A stretch of 64,000 nt of DNA from Candidatus Bathyarchaeota archaeon (GTDB taxonomy: Archaea; Thermoproteota; Bathyarchaeia; Bathyarchaeales; Bathycorpusculaceae), in contig CAWABA010000009.1 in assembly GCA_963780185.1 (NCBI GenBank), positions 96,001-160,000 on the forward strand, read 5' to 3'. The notes under the pieces were generated by a model. It was not told where the DNA came from and searched no databases. It was given only the letters and a program-made list of their open reading frames with translations. The position numbers and the translations under genes were made by a program. This document shows positions 61,309 to 64,000 of this stretch, in pieces. Each line of letters opens with the position of its first letter. The stretch's first letter is position 1.

Positions 61309-62490
61309 TTGGGTTTGAATGGGAAGCCGCTGGTCAGCATAATAGGTGCTGGCATGTCAAAGTTCGGCAAGCATGATGGCTTACTTGCAAGAGAACTGTT
61401 TGCGGAAGCAGCCAAAGAAGCGTTCAGCCGCTGCCCCAAACTTGACCCCAAAGCCGATATCAAAGCCCTGTTCATCGGGCACATGGGCGAAGCTTACGAG
61501 CATCAAGGTCACATGGGCGCAATCGCCGCGGATTGGGCTGGAATCACAGGAGTCGCAGCCACCCGTACAGAGTCCGCTTGCGCTTCTTCAGGCGCCGCTT
61601 TGCGTTCAGGAATCTACGCTGCGATGTCTGGGCTTGCCGACGTAGTTATCGTGGGCGGCGTCGAAAAAATGACTCATCGCACCACCTCCGAGGTAACTGA
61701 GTATTTGGCTATGGCTTCCGATTTTCCGTTTGAACAGTGGCACGGCATCACTTTTCCAGGCTTGTACGCGATGATGGCGACTGCCCATATGCACCAATAC
61801 GGAACCACTGAAGAGCAAATCGCGAAGGTAGCAGTCAAAAACCATCATAATGGAAGCCTAAACCCCAAAGCCCACATGCAAAAGGAAATCACCCTGCAAG
61901 CCGCCATGTCGTCACGCTACGTCGCTTGGCCGCTTAAACTCTTCGATTGCTCCCTGATTACAGACGGCGCAAGCTGCATAATCTTAACCCGACCTGAACT
62001 CGCCGGCAAATACACCGACATGCCCGTGCAAATCATCGGCAGCGGACAGGCAACCGACACAATCGGTCTGTACCAACGCCAAAGCCTAACGTCGCTAAAC
62101 GCCACCAAATTGGCGGCGAAGACAGCTTACGAAATGGCTAAGGTAAAGCCCGAAGACATCGAGTTGGCTGAAGTTCACGATTGCTTCACTATAGCAGAGC
62201 TTATGGCATACGAGGACCTCGGCTTCTGTCTTCTTGGAAAAAGCGGCAAAATGGTGGACGACGGCGAAACCGACCTCGGTGGGCGAATCTCAGTTAACAC
62301 AAGCGGAGGCTTAAAAGCCAAAGGTCACCCAGTCGGTGCTACGGGAACCGCGCAAGCCTACGAAATCTACCTGCAACTCACGGGTCAAGCTGGAAAACGC
62401 CAAGTGAAAGATGCCAAGGTAGGGTTAACTCAAAACGTCGGCGGGTCAGGCGCGACGGCGGCTGTTCACATTTACAGGAGAGATCGATAG
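61309..62490 (+). CDS. acetyl-CoA C-acyltransferase (archaeal/SCP-x type thiolase)
   Basis: ESACASS, EVHDCF, GHPVGATG. Confidence 0.93.
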   Translation: MGLNGKPLVSIIGAGMSKFGKHDGLLARELFAEAAKEAFSRCPKLDPKADIKALFIGHMGEAYEHQGHMGAIAADWAGITGVAATRTESACASSGAALRSGIYAAMSGLADVVIVGGVEKMTHRTTSEVTEYLAMASDFPFEQWHGITFPGLYAMMATAHMHQYGTTEEQIAKVAVKNHHNGSLNPKAHMQKEITLQAAMSSRYVAWPLKLFDCSLITDGASCIILTRPELAGKYTDMPVQIIGSGQATDTIGLYQRQSLTSLNATKLAAKTAYEMAKVKPEDIELAEVHDCFTIAELMAYEDLGFCLLGKSGKMVDDGETDLGGRISVNTSGGLKAKGHPVGATGTAQAYEIYLQLTGQAGKRQVKDAKVGLTQNVGGSGATAAVHIYRRDR

Positions 62491-62895
62491 ATGAGCGTGC
62501 AAGAGCCCTTCTCAATCGATCAGTTCTACAAGTTCCTGCAGCAGCAAAAGTTGATGGCTGCAAAATGCCTCAACTGCGGAAAAATCCATTTACCACCCAG
62601 ACCGCTTTGCGACAACTGCCTCTCACAGGAATTTGAATGGATCAACATCTCGGGAAAAGGCAAATTGCTTACCTACACGGTCATAAACGTGGCGCCCGAA
62701 CAATTCCATGCGTTGACCCCCTATGCGGTTGGCATTGTCCAGCTTGAAAACGGCTTAAAGATTCCTGGCATGATTAACGGCGTGACTCAGGAACAGTTGA
62801 AGATAGGTATGGAGTTAACGTTGGATTTCGGCACGTGTAGCACAACGCAGGATTGGCCGCAATGGCCAAGGTACTGCTTTAAGCCTACAGTTTAA
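62491..62895 (+). CDS. DUF35 Zn-ribbon/OB-fold thiolase partner
   Basis: CxxCG..PPR..CxxC, G.L.TYT, PYA.G.V.L. Confidence 0.92.
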   Translation: MSVQEPFSIDQFYKFLQQQKLMAAKCLNCGKIHLPPRPLCDNCLSQEFEWINISGKGKLLTYTVINVAPEQFHALTPYAVGIVQLENGLKIPGMINGVTQEQLKIGMELTLDFGTCSTTQDWPQWPRYCFKPTV

Positions 62896-62909
62896 GCTGC
62901 CTATTTTTT

Positions 62910-63509
62910 TTAGAAGTAGCTTTTGCGTTTTATCCAAGCCCAAACGACAATCACGAACACTGGCAGCAGGGTAAGGAAAACCAGCAGGTAATTCAAGTTG
63001 GGACTCAAACTGTAAGGGAACACGAGGCTTACCAGCAGATCCCTGACGAAGAATTCCCATACCGCAATGTATGAGATGGCTGCGGTGATGACGAGGGCTA
63101 AAAACTCGATTTTGCGGGTGTTGTAGATTTCAAGAATATCGATGTGTGCGCGGTGCGATTCGGCTAAAACGCCGATGTGGTCATTTAGTTCCTCGATTGC
63201 ATCTTTTATCAAGAAATCCAATCTGGGACTTGTGTCGATAATCATTTCGCTGATGTAACCCCATTCATGGGACAGATCCAAGACCGCCAGTTTTTCCCTC
63301 TGAAGCTGCTTGTAATCCTCCCAAAGCTCGCGTTCATTTTCAGTTTCTTTGCTCAGGGTAGGCTCAACCCTTGCGGTTGTTTGCTTTAGGGTATCAAAGA
63401 AACAAGTGATTCTGTCCTTTGTAACCTTGTTGTCCACTTGAAGCTTGTCTAATTCGGCTTTGATTTTGTCAAAGTCCACATGAACGCTGTACTCGCTTTC
63501 TGTCATCAC
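62910..63509 (-). CDS. membrane protein with helical N-terminus and two C-terminal TMs
   Basis: CorA-like topology but no GMN motif. Confidence 0.6.
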   Translation of the reverse strand: MMTESEYSVHVDFDKIKAELDKLQVDNKVTKDRITCFFDTLKQTTARVEPTLSKETENERELWEDYKQLQREKLAVLDLSHEWGYISEMIIDTSPRLDFLIKDAIEELNDHIGVLAESHRAHIDILEIYNTRKIEFLALVITAAISYIAVWEFFVRDLLVSLVFPYSLSPNLNYLLVFLTLLPVFVIVVWAWIKRKSYF

Positions 63510-63717
63510 AATTCAACTTACCCAGAACTAGCTGCACTAATTACTGTCAGCATATGACTAAAACGAAAACGTGAATAAAAATCATACTGAGCAGCCAAAT
63601 GCTGGAGGCGCCAGTTTTTGGTTTTTGTCGAAGCCATTTTCTGCTGCTGACTAAATGGGGTTCTTTTTCCGCGTGTTCTTGAAAGGTTTAAATAAAAAAT
63701 GGTTTATAATTCTGGGC

Positions 63718-64000
63718 ATGAGCTCCAAGAAAAACGTCAAAGTTAAGACTTACAACCCTCAGAAGCAAGCGAAAAACCGAAAACTCACCTACATCACGGT
63801 TTTGGGAGTCGTTTTGATTGCCATCATAGCCGTCTTGGTGGTTACACAGTCAGGGTTGCTTAAAGCTGGTTCGCCGCAGAGCACTCCTACGCCGACTCCA
63901 ACTGCTTCTTCGTCTCCGACTTCTTCAGGCAATCCGTATCCATCTGTGACTCCGCTTACTTCGCCAGTAGGGGAATTCAGCGCCAGCGGCACCAAAATCC
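63718..64000 (+). CDS. partial membrane-anchored protein with PT/S linker (runs off the window)
   Basis: [25 protein letters not shown]..; open to the edge. Confidence 0.7.
   Translation, partial: MSSKKNVKVKTYNPQKQAKNRKLTYITVLGVVLIAIIAVLVVTQSGLLKAGSPQSTPTPTPTASSSPTSSGNPYPSVTPLTSPVGEFSASGTKI

Noticed and set aside
61309-62895. Thiolase-DUF35 pair as a novel system
   Set aside because: Well-known archaeal pairing

Overview
Core-chromosome segment of an anaerobic archaeon, most likely Bathyarchaeia (TACK). This assignment is inferred from aIF1/SUI1, uS10, Dph5, RbkR, RibL, DGGR, archaeal AsnA, Mre11/Rad50 and many PQQ-propeller or Pro/Thr-linker surface proteins. About 15 otherwise intact genes are split by single-base indels, most likely long-read assembly errors. 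No CRISPR array, rRNA, intact tRNA, integrase or transposase was seen. Most interesting: (1) a corrinoid-salvage locus (cbiZ, HemN-like radical SAM, ABC-2 pair, surface beta-propeller, btuFCD, DUF2284) whose two divergent promoters carry the same 17-bp palindrome just downstream of the TATA box; (2) a CysRS paralogue with a remodelled Zn/Cys site and no anticodon domain, 8 bp downstream of a peroxiredoxin; (3) an AT-rich TIR-Zn-ribbon gene beside a tRNA-Leu-like 3' remnant upstream of a tuf-less rpsJ, followed by an uncharacterised membrane-protein trio; (4) several repeated or palindromic intergenic motifs and Cys-rich microproteins missed by the ORF track.
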